64,000 bases of DNA from Octopus vulgaris (lineage: Eukaryota), in contig OX597829.1 of assembly GCA_951406725.2 (NCBI GenBank), forward strand, positions 5,704,001 to 5,768,000, given 5' to 3'. Within the stretch, counting starts at the first letter, position 1. The number at the start of each line of letters is the position of its first letter. The notes below the pieces were generated by a model. It saw only the letters and a program-made list of their open reading frames with translations. It did not search any database and was not told where the DNA came from. A program made the position numbers and the translations under genes. Positions 12,388-22,948 of the stretch are shown here, in pieces.

Positions 12388-15044
12388 AAGAAAAGAAGGA
12401 AAATGTAAACAGCTTACATAGTTTTAATATATCTTTTGGTATATTTTATAAGTGAAAGAGTATTGCGTTTATCGACCGGTTTCGCTTTCACTAATCATGA
12501 CATTGAAATTATTGTAATTTCGTGTTTTCTTAAGATTTTAGTCCATGTTTTGTGTGGAGAAGTTTGTGAAGGAATGATTCAACAAGTTGAAAAGTTTACG
12601 GAGAGGTAATTGGTGATCATTATTATTGAGGACAGGGAAGGTAATTGCTCATCGTTCGAGGAGGGGAAACTACGACTCACGAAAGCACTGATTACAACAA
12701 CGAAGCAATTATCTTCAATCTAAAGGCAGGAATAAAACATTATATTACTTTTGTGACCATATCCAGGATACTTTCCAAAAGTGAAACATTAATTCAAACT
12801 TGAACAATCAAGAATGGAGAAAATCTAATTGAACTACAAAACGATAAAGAACTGACAATTAATGAAACAGACAAGGGAAGTGCTGTAGTCTTGATGGACA
12901 CAGAATACTACAAAAATCTAGTATTATGCATGCTAGAAAACGATAACTTCTGCGAAAAAGTTGTAACCTATAATCAACAAAAACCGATGAAAAATCTTAC
13001 ATCCTTAATTCATTTACATGGAAAAGGCCGAACAGAAAAAGAAACAGATTATACCACGAACTTGTAATGTAAACCTAGTCTTTCTTTACGGCCTACCTAA
13101 AATACACAAGAGCAAGATAATTAATGAAGCCTGCAATCACCAGGCAAATACATAAATATCCTAGAACCAGAAGATTTAAAGATAAGACCCATTATAGCTG
13201 GCTCAGCATGTGAAACCCACCGCCTATGCAATCTTCTAGACATCCTACTTAAAACCATTGCTGAAATACATCAAAAGTTTCATTAGAGACGATCTGGATA
13301 TGCTTGAGCGCCTACCAAAAACAACTAATGAAGAGACATTTTTGATTTCCTTCGATATCATTAATCTTTACGCCAACATCCCACATGACTATGGAATAGA
13401 AGCAACAAAATTTTGGCTGGAAAAGTATCCCGAACTACTTTCGGAACGCATAAACCAGGTTTTTTATTATTGAAACTTTAAAATTTATACTTCAGAACAA
13501 TTATGTCCTATTTAATGACACCTACTTTCGCTAAAAATGCGCATGGAAACGAAAGCAGCTCCTGTTCTCACGAACCTAATGATAAGATATTTTGGATTCC
13601 CCATATATGCAGTGTCACTGCAAAAATATGTATATCTGTTTCACCATTATATAAGAGAGAACTGAAAAAGATACCTAGATGACTGCGTTATCAGTTGGGA
13701 GGAGACCATTCATAAACTTTTGGAATTTAAATCAATACTAAATACTATAAACCCAAGCAGTCAATTTACAATAGAATATAGCAAAGAACAGCTCCTTTTC
13801 TTGTGATAAAGAAGTCAGCAACCAAATTGTAACTGACATTTATCATAAGCCAACGGACTCGAAACAATATCTTCTCTCTAGCTCAAGCACTCGAAACACA
13901 TCAAAAGGAATATCCCCTTTAATTTAGCAAAAAGGATTTGCACAATAGTGTCTGCTGGAAATATCCAGGACCTCCGTCTTCAAGACCTCACAACAACACT
14001 AACTGAAAGACAATGCCCACCCTCACTTACAGACGATGAAATTAAGCGTGCCAAGAAATTAGGTTTTTAAATGCTGAGGGAAACAAAACGAAACACAGCA
14101 TCTCAAAACACTGCCGTATATATCAACTCACAAACCTAGAAACAATGAGACAGACAACACTATTGGACAAAATCTAACTATGTCCACTAGGGATCCAAAA
14201 ATGAACAACATTCCGAAAACGCCTAAATTCGTCAAATGCAAAAAGCAACACAAACTGCTGAAAAGACTTCTGACAAATGCGAAGCTTGATAAAACCACGA
14301 AACCAACGGTTAAAAAATGTGGACGCCCAAATTATGGAACATGCCCCAACCTACTGGAAGGTTCGGAATTCAAACAAGGAGAGAGGTTCACAATTAAAAT
14401 TAGTTTCACTTGTGCTTCAGAGAATATAATTCATGTTATAACCTGTTCAGGCTATAGACAAAGCTATATAAAACGGACAAGTATGACACGGAGACGGAGA
14501 ACCACACAACAAAAGCAACAGATCGGGTTCCCGTAATACAGATAAATTCCTATCACTGAACAGATAGAGAGATGTGCAGGCAATATCCAACCAAATTTCA
14601 CAGTTTTCTCCATTTACCAGTGCAAAGAAACAATTTCTGTACAAAAAACGTTTAAATAAAGAAAATTTGTTCATCGAAAAATACAAAACACGTCTAAATA
14701 TGAACGCATAATCGACTTTGGTTTCAGTATATATTTTAATTCATGATCACATACCAATCACTGTACATATTTCGTATATATATTTTTATCTCCTCTTATA
14801 TATATTTATCCCTGTCCTTAATAATAACGGTCACCAATTACCTCTCCTTAGATTTATCTACTTGTTGAATCATTCATTCACAAACCTCTCCACGCACAGC
14901 ATGAACTTAAATCCTCTTAAGAAAATACATTACAATAATTTCAATGTCATGGTTGGCGAAAGCGGTCGATAAACACAATACTCTTTCACTTACAAAATGC
15001 ATTAAAAATATATTAAAATTATGTAAACTGTGTGCATCTTCTTT

Positions 15045-15048
<4 letters not shown>
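12388..15048 (+). mobile_element. Penelope-like retroelement with inverted pseudo-LTRs; RT, Cys linker and GIY-YIG pseudogene
   Basis: ETDKGSAVVLMD, FYGLPKIHK, IRPIIAGS, ISFDIINLYANIPH, YLDDC, KKCGRPNYGTC and FTCASENIIHVITC motifs (12830-14710). About 250 bp at 12388-12645 is the reverse complement of 14805-15048. Both arms carry GAAA(C/G)CGGTCGATAAA, a hammerhead 3' half. (TA)n on both sides. Confidence 0.9.
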
Positions 15049-15079
<31 letters not shown>

Positions 15080-15082
<3 letters not shown>

Positions 15083-16257
15083 ATATATATAAAACTCTAG
15101 TTGTGTGAGTGTCTGTCCCTTTCGATTTAGATTCCTAACTCCTCCCACATTTTGCGGTGCAGTTTAACCAAATTCGGGTATCTTATAGTCGTGATTCATA
15201 TCGAGCCCGTCTGACTATTAGCGCGCGTCAACGATGAGTCTACGATTTTAAAAATAATTTAACATCATTTTTTATTCCATTTTAATGCACAAAATGCATC
15301 GTGTGTCGATGGCGGCGGAGTTGGCGTCCACGCTCACAGCTGCACCTGTTTGCTTCTCCCCCTTCCCTCCCTCGTGAAGCTGTGGGGAAGGGAGTGTAAA
15401 GAAATCAACGTCGTAATGCGTTTTGAAGGAAACCAGCGTTCTTTTAGAACAACGATTTCATGGCTTGAAGACACCAAAACAGAAATGGCTAAGAAAGCCC
15501 GAATTTATAAGGGAACTAACTCTCTAAAAATGCTTATATAGTTATTTCCCTTACAAACCCGAGCAACGCCGGGCGATACTGCTAGTATATATATAAAACT
15601 GTAGTTGTGTGAGTGTCTGTCCCCTTCGATTTAGATTCCTAACTACTCCCACATTTTGCGGTGCAGTTTAACCAAATTCGGGTATCTTATAGTCGTGATT
15701 CATATCGAGCCCGTCTGGGTACTAGCGCGCGTCTACGATGAGTCTACGATTTTAAAAATAATTTAACATCATTTTTTATTCCATTTTAATGCATTATTTT
15801 TCGTGTGTCGATGAAGGCGGAGTTAGCGTCCATGGTCACAGCTGCACCTGTGTTGCTTCTCCCCCTTCTTCCCTCCCTCGTGAAGCTGTGGGGAAGGGAG
15901 TGTAAGGAAATCAACGTCGTAAAGCATTGTCAAGGAGAACAGCGTTCTTTTAGAACAACGACTTCATGGCTTGAAGACACCAAAACAGAAATGGCTAAGA
16001 AAGCGTCTACGATGAGTCTACGATTTTTAAAAAAAATTACCATCATTTTTTCCATTTTAATGCATTTCTTCGCTATTATATAAGGGAAGTAACTCTCTAA
16101 AAATGTCTACGATGAGTCAACGATTAAAAAAAAATTACCATCATTTTTATTCCATTTTTAATGCATTTTTTTGCTAATTATTTTGCTATAACTCTCTAAA
16201 AATGCTTATATAGTTATTTCCCTTACAAACCCGAGCAACGCCGGGTGATATTACTAG
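15080..16257 (+). mobile_element. Head-to-tail dimer of a non-autonomous Helitron
   Basis: Unit 1 (15080-15585) starts TCTATATATATAAAA and ends CCCGAGCAACGCCGGG hairpin + CTAG. Unit 2 (15586-16257) repeats it with internal duplications and the same hairpin + CTAG|T end. Confidence 0.9.
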
Positions 16258-16582
16258 TATATATATATATATATATATATGTATACACATATATATATAT
16301 GTGTATATATATATATGTGTGTGTGTGTGTTTGTGTCGAAAGTGATATTTGTCGCCACTTCAGCATGGCTGTTCCGTACGAATGGATGTTACTGTGATGT
16401 TTTAATCCCAAGAGGACATTTACCATAGTTGGTTAACGATGCAACCTGCATCCGATGTATTACACGCTGACACACACACACACACACACACATTACGTAT
16501 TTGTTTTGAAAGAGTCCTGCTGGGTAACACCTTGTGTTGAAACAGATATTGTTATATTTGAGACGGTCATTTTTCTTCCCAT

Positions 16583-16863
16583 ATAAACACACGCACTGTA
16601 TATTCGTTCTTCACTTCAGCTTTATTTTTGTTATTATCTTATTGTCGTCTGTTTCAAATATTTCGTCCCACATTCTCTGACCCCTCAGCGACTCGCCACC
16701 CATGTGTCCAAAATGAACTGAATAGGACAGAATAAGACACGTGGGATGCAGAGTTGCCGAAGAGGTCAGAAGAAGCGTGATGAAAGGTTTCAGACAAAGT
16801 ATGCCAAATTAAGGAAAAAAATAAAGCTGAAGTGAAGAACGAGTATATAGTGCGTGTATTTAT
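16583..16863. mobile_element. Foldback element with ~130-bp imperfect arms and degenerate hammerhead cores
   Basis: ATAAACACACGCACTGTATATTCGTTCTTCACTTCAGCTTTATTTTT pairs with 16817-16863. Arms contain CTGAGGG-GTC..GAC-GAAA (minus) and CCGAAGA-GGTC..GAT-GAAA (plus). Confidence 0.75.
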
Positions 16864-16944
16864 TCGACAAAAAAAGAAAACAAATGACTATCCAAAAATA
16901 TAATAATATATATAATATATATATATATAGATAATACATGTATC

Positions 16945-17313
16945 TCTTTCTCTTTTTTCTCTTTTTACTTGTTTCAGTCATTTTGATTGCGGCCATGCTG
17001 GTGCACCGCCTTTAATCGAGCAACTCGACCCCGGGACTTATTCTTTGTAAGCCCAGTACTTATTCTATCGGTCTCTTTTGCCGAACCGCTAAGTGACGGG
17101 GACGTAAACACACCAGCATCGGTTGTCAAGCAATGCTAGGGGGACAAACACAGACACACAAACATACACGCACATACATATATATACATATATACGACGG
17201 GCTTCTTTCTGTTTCCGTCTTCCAAATCCACTCATAAGGCCCGAGGCTATAGTAGAAGACACTTGCTCAAGGTGCCACGCAGTGGGACTGAACCCGGAAC
17301 CATGTGGTTGGTA
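16945..17313 (-). mobile_element. tRNA-derived SINE, near full length
   Basis: Reverse complement: CCACATGGTTCCGGGTTCAGTCCCACTGCGTGGCACC...GACCGATAGAATAAGTACT...CAGCATGGCCGC...ATGACTGAAACAAGTAAAA tail. At least five related copies or fragments in the window. Confidence 0.9.
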
Positions 17314-17849
17314 ATATATATATATGCCTTTTTTTTAGCATGCAATTCATTATTCCCATCGTATTTTCTCATAAAAGTCTGAATAGTAATTCGTTCGATT
17401 CAACTCATGAATTTTGTTCGTTGAAGATGGCGGACAATCTGGGGTCCAGGTGTGCCTGCGTATAGTATTCGGTCTTTGATGCAATTTCCTTGTTAAAATC
17501 CGGATTTTAAGGTACATGTCAGTTGGCAGAAAAAAATGCAGTCGTAGCGCTAAGTGCGATTTCACTTATATTCATTTCATATTTTATCTCAATTCTGTAA
17601 CTCAGTTCCTTATTCATCAAAAACAAAGTGCCTCAGAATATCAGTAATTTTCATTAACCACAAGTAATCATATGCCTCAGATTATATTTCACATTAGTAC
17701 AAATATATCTTATTTCACATATATACGCCAGGTTTCCAGAAAAAGAGATGCAGCGAACTTGGCGAATCAAGCCAAACCAAGCCAAGTCAAGCCAAGTCAA
17801 GCCAAGCTTTATCATTTCAACAGTGTGAATTCCGCCTTGGAGGCAGTCC

Positions 17850-18350
17850 AACAAACGGCAGGTCTTCGAGAAACCAAGACATGTGCACTTGGCTTTGTAG
17901 GCATCGAAAAGGCATATAACCGTGTGCAGGGAGGCAGGCTGTCAGGCATTTTACAGTTTGGATTTAATGGACAACTTCTGGCTGCCGAGCAGTCCCTATA
18001 TGAACGCTCAGATATTTGTGTTCAGAAAAATGGTACTAAGTTGAAATCTTTTAACGAGGGTGTTAGATGTCGTTAGGTGAGGGTAATATCACTTCTGCGG
18101 AAGTGGTTATAGGAGCTGTTGGTTGATACTCGTAGACAACATGAAGTTACAGCATGCACTTAATCTGTTCGCCGCTGAGTGTTGTAAGGCAGGTGTGAGA
18201 ATTAATGTTACGAAGATTGGGACATTGGTCTTCTCAAGAAAGTCTGCACGTTAGTGGAATATCACTGAGACAAATGGAGAAATTTAAGTATCTCTGGCTG
18301 TATGAACAACCGATGAAGAGCAGGAGGCTGAATTGGATGCTGGAATTGTA
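17850..18350 (+). mobile_element. RTE-like LINE reverse transcriptase relic
   Basis: FVGIEKAYNRV (FVDLEKAYDRV-like), SLYERSDICVQKNG, LQHALNLFAAECCKAGVRINVTK and MEKFKYL. Deleted and frameshifted. Confidence 0.7.
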
Positions 18351-18701
18351 GTGTGTGTGTTATTTACAAGATTACTGATGTTATGATTATTCCCTATTGT
18401 GTTGATGTGCCATTTTCTAGCATTAATAAAACTGTCGGCAATTTTGACGACACAGGTATGCTAGTGTAAGTTTATATTTCTCTTTCAATTTCTTTCTACT
18501 GCAGAATTATACTTTCCAAATACACATAGTTCAGTGAAGTAAAACCAATAATTATTGAATATTATTTATGCCGTTAGAAGGAAGCACCAGCTTCTTGACT
18601 AATATTAAGTTAATCTAATTGTTGCAAGAACAGGCAATAACTTTGGTAATGTTTTGGTATTTTTAGTCTCCTCCGTCTTGTATAATCTTCTCCGTACTTA
18701 C

Positions 18702-19659
18702 CATATTAGTGATAATAGAATCACTATAAAATTATTAATTGGTGTCAAAAATGATCATAATGCCTCTGAGGTAAACTAACCAGATATTCGAAACTCACGT
18801 AAAATAATCAAATTAAATCGTGTTAGTATATTAAATACCTTTGCTATCACTGTATTGCATTTTGATAGCACTAATTTCGTTGTTAATTTTTGCCCAGTAG
18901 GCATCTCTGAATAATTTGGTGAAAATGAGAATTCTTTTTTTATTTTTTTGTTACCGCTACTCGCGTACATACATTTACATCAAATTAATGGCCGCCTGAC
19001 TAATTTTCCAAGTATGTAGAAGGCTATACTTTACTGAGAATGTCTAATAAGACGGAAATTTTCCGGTTTGTCACCAACACTAACCAAAATCAGATTAAAT
19101 TAACATTAGCCACTGAGCTAATGTTTCATATTTCTCATCATATAACTTCAGTAAGACGGCAATAAATTAGCTTTACTCTTGATGGTTAACTTCACTGTTC
19201 ACTTGATGGTTAACTTGACTCTTACTCTACTGCTAACTCAAATATTAACTTGAATGCTAAATTCACTGCAAATTTGAATGCTTGCTGAGCTGTTAGTCTG
19301 TCTGCTAACTGAACTGTTAAGGTGACTGCTAAGCTAGCTGGTGGCTGGACTATTTACTGAAATATTTATTTACTTATTTACGAGACTGTTGATACGACTG
19401 CATACTGGACTGTTTAATTTACTGTTAACCACTGTATATTTATTGATAACTTTATTAAGTTAGATGTGAACTTGACTATTAACGTCATCTATTATTTGAC
19501 TATTAACTAACTCTGAACTAAGCAAAGCAAGAAAAAAATTGCACAGTAAGAAAGTCTGGAGAGAGCTGATTAGCAGAAGGTCTTCAGAACCGACTCTTAA
19601 GCAAATATTCAGCCGTAAATTCTGGAGATTTTTATTACCTAATTTCATTTTTCTTTCAC
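18702..19659 (-). pseudogene. Possible degraded exon: hydrophobic N-terminus followed by Ser/Asn/Val-rich 4-aa repeats
   Basis: Acceptor-like TTACTTTCAG at ~19660, then MKLGNK...FLLCNFFLALLSSELVNSQ. A 12-bp periodic tract at 19186-19520 encodes VNSx-like repeats with stops. Donor-like G|GTAAGT at ~18702. No family recognised. Confidence 0.3.
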
Positions 19660-19786
19660 CTGAAAGTAATATATATGTGCGCGCGCGTGTGTGCATGTGT
19701 GTGCGTGTGTGTGTATTATATCTATCTACATGCATATATACATACATATATATATATATGCATATGTATATGCATATGTATATATA

Positions 19787-20764
19787 TATATGTTTGTATG
19801 TATGCATATATTTTATTTATTACACTATTGTCTGACAGCGCTTCGCGTCGGGTTCGTTTCGATTCGTCGCTTCGTTCCGTTTCTTATCCTCCCAGTATTG
19901 TTTTATATATAATTTTGACGCGAAATTCTCTCCCTTTGCTTTACCTTCCCCACACTCTCTCCCTTTTCCTCATCTCTCTCTCAGCCGCGTGCCTTCTTCT
20001 ATCTCTCTCTCTCTCACTCCTCCTCACTTTTGTCACTGCTGGCCAAAACCACTTCCTTTGCACGTTGCTTTCACACTGTAAAGTCATGTTTCCATGCGCT
20101 GCTAGAACATCTGTCTAAGCCAGAAAAAAGGCCTTTTCGTTTGTTTTTCTCGTTTGTTTTCTTGTTTATTTTGATTTCTCGTATTGTATTTTCTTTTTAT
20201 TTCTCGTTTTGCATTTTCTTGTACATGTATTTTTATCTTGTATTTTATTGTGCAGTTTTATTGTTACGTCCTGTTTGTATTACATTTTTTTCGTGCTTGT
20301 TTTACCCCTCTGCGAGGTAATTTTATTTTAATTCTCTCGCAGGAAGGCCTAGTTTTGACGAGTCGTGTCCTGTCTTGCCTTCGAAACACGCTTGAGTCTA
20401 CTAGTGACAGCTGATGATTGGGGATTTTTCCTTGTGTAGCATGTCCTGTACTCTGTTTTTCTGTTGTAAAAAAAATGTTTTTCCTGTTTTCGTTTCTCGT
20501 CCTGTTCTACGTCTCTGTTTTTCTGTTTAAAAAAATGGCTTTTCCGTTTTCGTTTCTCGTTGAGTTCTACGTCTAGTTGTGGTGTCCTGTACTCACGTAT
20601 ATATATTTATATATGCATGTATATATACATGTAGATGTAGGTACGTACATATATGTTTGTATGTATGCATATATTTTATTTATTACACTATTGTCTGACG
20701 GCGCTTCGCGTCGGGTTCGTTCGATTCGTCGCTTCGTTCCGTTTCTTATCCTCCCAGTATTGTT

Positions 20765-20770
<6 letters not shown>
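19787..20770. mobile_element. ORF-less element with ~120-bp terminal direct repeats (unit ~863 bp) and a weak hammerhead-like motif
   Basis: 19787-19908 recurs almost identically at 20650-20770. CTAGTT-TTGACGA...GAAAC...GTC-TACTAG at 20349-20404. TA-rich flanks. Confidence 0.7.
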
Positions 20771-20796
<26 letters not shown>

Positions 20797-20829
20797 TACG
20801 GTTTTTTGTAATGGAGTAATGTCTTAGAA

Positions 20830-21311
20830 ACATACGTAAGAAACATCTACCTCCTTACTTCTTTCCGCAAGGCCTTAATATTTACTATGCCGCCTACATT
20901 TAGATCATTTGTTAAGCCTTGGATAGATAGTATACGTAATGGAAGACTCAAGTAATGCAGGAATGGATGGTGAAAATTTTCATGATCACGTAACATCTTA
21001 TATTCGCCTTTCTAATTCCCCAGATCTCAATCTATTAGACTACTACACATGAAGAGTTGTTGAGAGAGAGGTCAATAAACTCGCCCATAACACCAAAGAT
21101 CCATTGAAAGCCGCCATGCTCAGATCAATGTCCAAAATGAATCAGGACCTCTTGATTCGAGTATGTAGACGATTTAGATCTCATACAGAAACAATTATTG
21201 AAGCTGAGGGTGACTTTATTGAATAACACTATAGAAGAGAAGATTTATTTTTATCCTCATAGCATTTTATGATAATAAAGTTATTATCTGCTAATATCTT
21301 ACGCACCCTAT
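20830..21311 (+). mobile_element. Tc1/mariner superfamily (maT/DD37D-like) transposase C-terminal relic with right TIR
   Basis: SNSPDLNLLDYY, VVEREVNK and CRRFRSHTETIIEAEGDFIE-stop. Ends TTACGCACCCTA-TA, the reverse complement of a CAGGGTGCGT-like TIR. Confidence 0.75.
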
Positions 21312-22700
21312 ACGCCACTTCATCCTACGTGGATATCCCCTCACCACTACCCACACCGCCCTTGCCAGAGCACGTTCCGTGGACCGTGCATCTGCTCTCT
21401 CTCCCCGAACACGTCCTGCCATCTCCCGTCTCCCATTTCCCCTCACCTACCTATTTCTTTACTACCCACAAGGGGCTTTACACAGAGGGGACAAACAAGG
21501 ACAGACAAACGGATTAAGTCGATTATATCGACCCCAGTGCGTAACTGGTACTTATTTAATCGACACCGAAAGGATGAAAGGCAAAGTCGACCTCGGTCGA
21601 ATTTGAACTCAGAACGTAGCGGCAGACGAAATACCGCTAAGCATTTCGCCCGGCGTGCTAACGTTGCTGTCAGCTCGCCGCCTTTTCTCCTCACCTACCC
21701 CCCGACCACCCGTACCTCTTCAACGCACCATTCTCCGAGCCTTCCGGTGTCTCCAGTCCGACCCCTCCACTTCACACATCTTCCCTAACCGACCCCTCTC
21801 CTCCTTCAAGCGAGCCTACAACCTACGAGACCGCTTGGTCTACAGCTTCTTTCCCAACCCAACCTCTCAACCTGGCTCGTTCGCCTACTCCCGACCACGC
21901 TGCCGTACTTGCCCTTACCTCTCCAACACCACCCTCCTCACCGGCACCCAGAATCGACCCTATCACATCACTGACTCCCTCACCTTCACTTCTACCAATA
22001 TCATCTATTGCATCTCCCGCTCTCTCTGCCATTCTCTGTACATCGGACAAATGGGACGCCGCTTGACTGACCGGTTCGCGAAACACCTCCGAGACATCCG
22101 CCTCAGCAATGACACCCTGGTCTCACGCCATTTCCGCTCTACCAGTCACTTTTTGTAGCACCTGTCCGTGTTCGGATTGTCTTTGCACAGGGGCCATCTG
22201 GACTCCCGTTTGCGCCGTGAACAGGGATTAATCTCCTCTTTTTGCTCCTTTGTGCCACATGGGCTCAACTCTCTTCCCCCTCTTCATCTAACTTCCTCCT
22301 TTTGTCTCTCTCCCCCTCCCCCTACTTCCTTCCACCCACCTCTCTATTGCTCCGACTCCTACTGCTCTTCACTTCTACTCTCTTTCTCTCTTCTCTCTTC
22401 TCTCTTACTCTCTTTCTCTCTTCGTTTCGGGATCACTACTACTTTGTTATCTCCCCTTCTTCTTAGCTCTCCTGTGAGACCCTTCTCTCCGGCATTCGCC
22501 ATGATAGATCGCTATCCACTACATACATTTTTTTCTCTCCTTGCTTCTTTCTTTGTTCCTTTCTGTGGAAGAGTGTAGGCTCGAAACGTTTAAGACTTTT
22601 TCAACTCCCGAGCGTTATACTAATACATCTGTTTGTTTTCTACACCAACTGTCTTCGTTTTGTGTTTTTTTGTGTGAATTCTCTACATCCATCCATCCAT
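21312..22700 (+). mobile_element. Penelope-like element 3' fragment (GIY-YIG endonuclease plus 3' region), interrupted by a SINE
   Basis: RGYP..., SFKRAYNLRDRLV, RPRCRTCPY and NIIYCISRSLCHSLYIGQMGRRLTDRFAKHLRDI (GIY-YIG). Degenerate hammerhead TGGAAGAG-TGTAG-GCTC-GAAACGT at 22561-22597. Confidence 0.9.
21449..21682 (-). mobile_element. tRNA-derived SINE with Nin/Deu-like central domain and Tx1-like 3' tail
   Basis: Reverse complement GGCGGCGAGCTGACAG...GAGTTCAAATT (B box)...GTCGACTTTGCCTTTCATCCTTTCGGTGTCGATTAAATAAGTACCAG...TGTCCCCTCTGTGTAAAGCCCCTTGTGGGTAGTAAAGAAAT. Imperfect ~14-bp TSD TTTC(C/T)CCTCACCTA. Confidence 0.9.
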
Positions 22701-22948
22701 CCATCCATCCATCCATCCATCCATCCATCCATCCATCCATACATACATACATACATACATACATACATGCATGTATACAAACCGATGACTACATATCCAA
22801 TCCATCACTAAAACTATAAAAATCTGTAAAACTTTCCAGAAATTTAACATTTAAATGTATAAGGTTAGAAACCGGCTCTTTCGCTATTGGCTAGGAACCT
22901 TGAAAAAAAGAAAAATCTGAACAATGGCATACATACATATATATATAA

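Noticed and set aside
15230-16160. Recurrent GTCTACGATGAGTCTACGATTTT block resembling a CRISPR repeat
   Set aside because: Irregular spacing, the intervening sequences are themselves duplicated, it lies inside a Helitron, and the context is eukaryotic with no cas genes.
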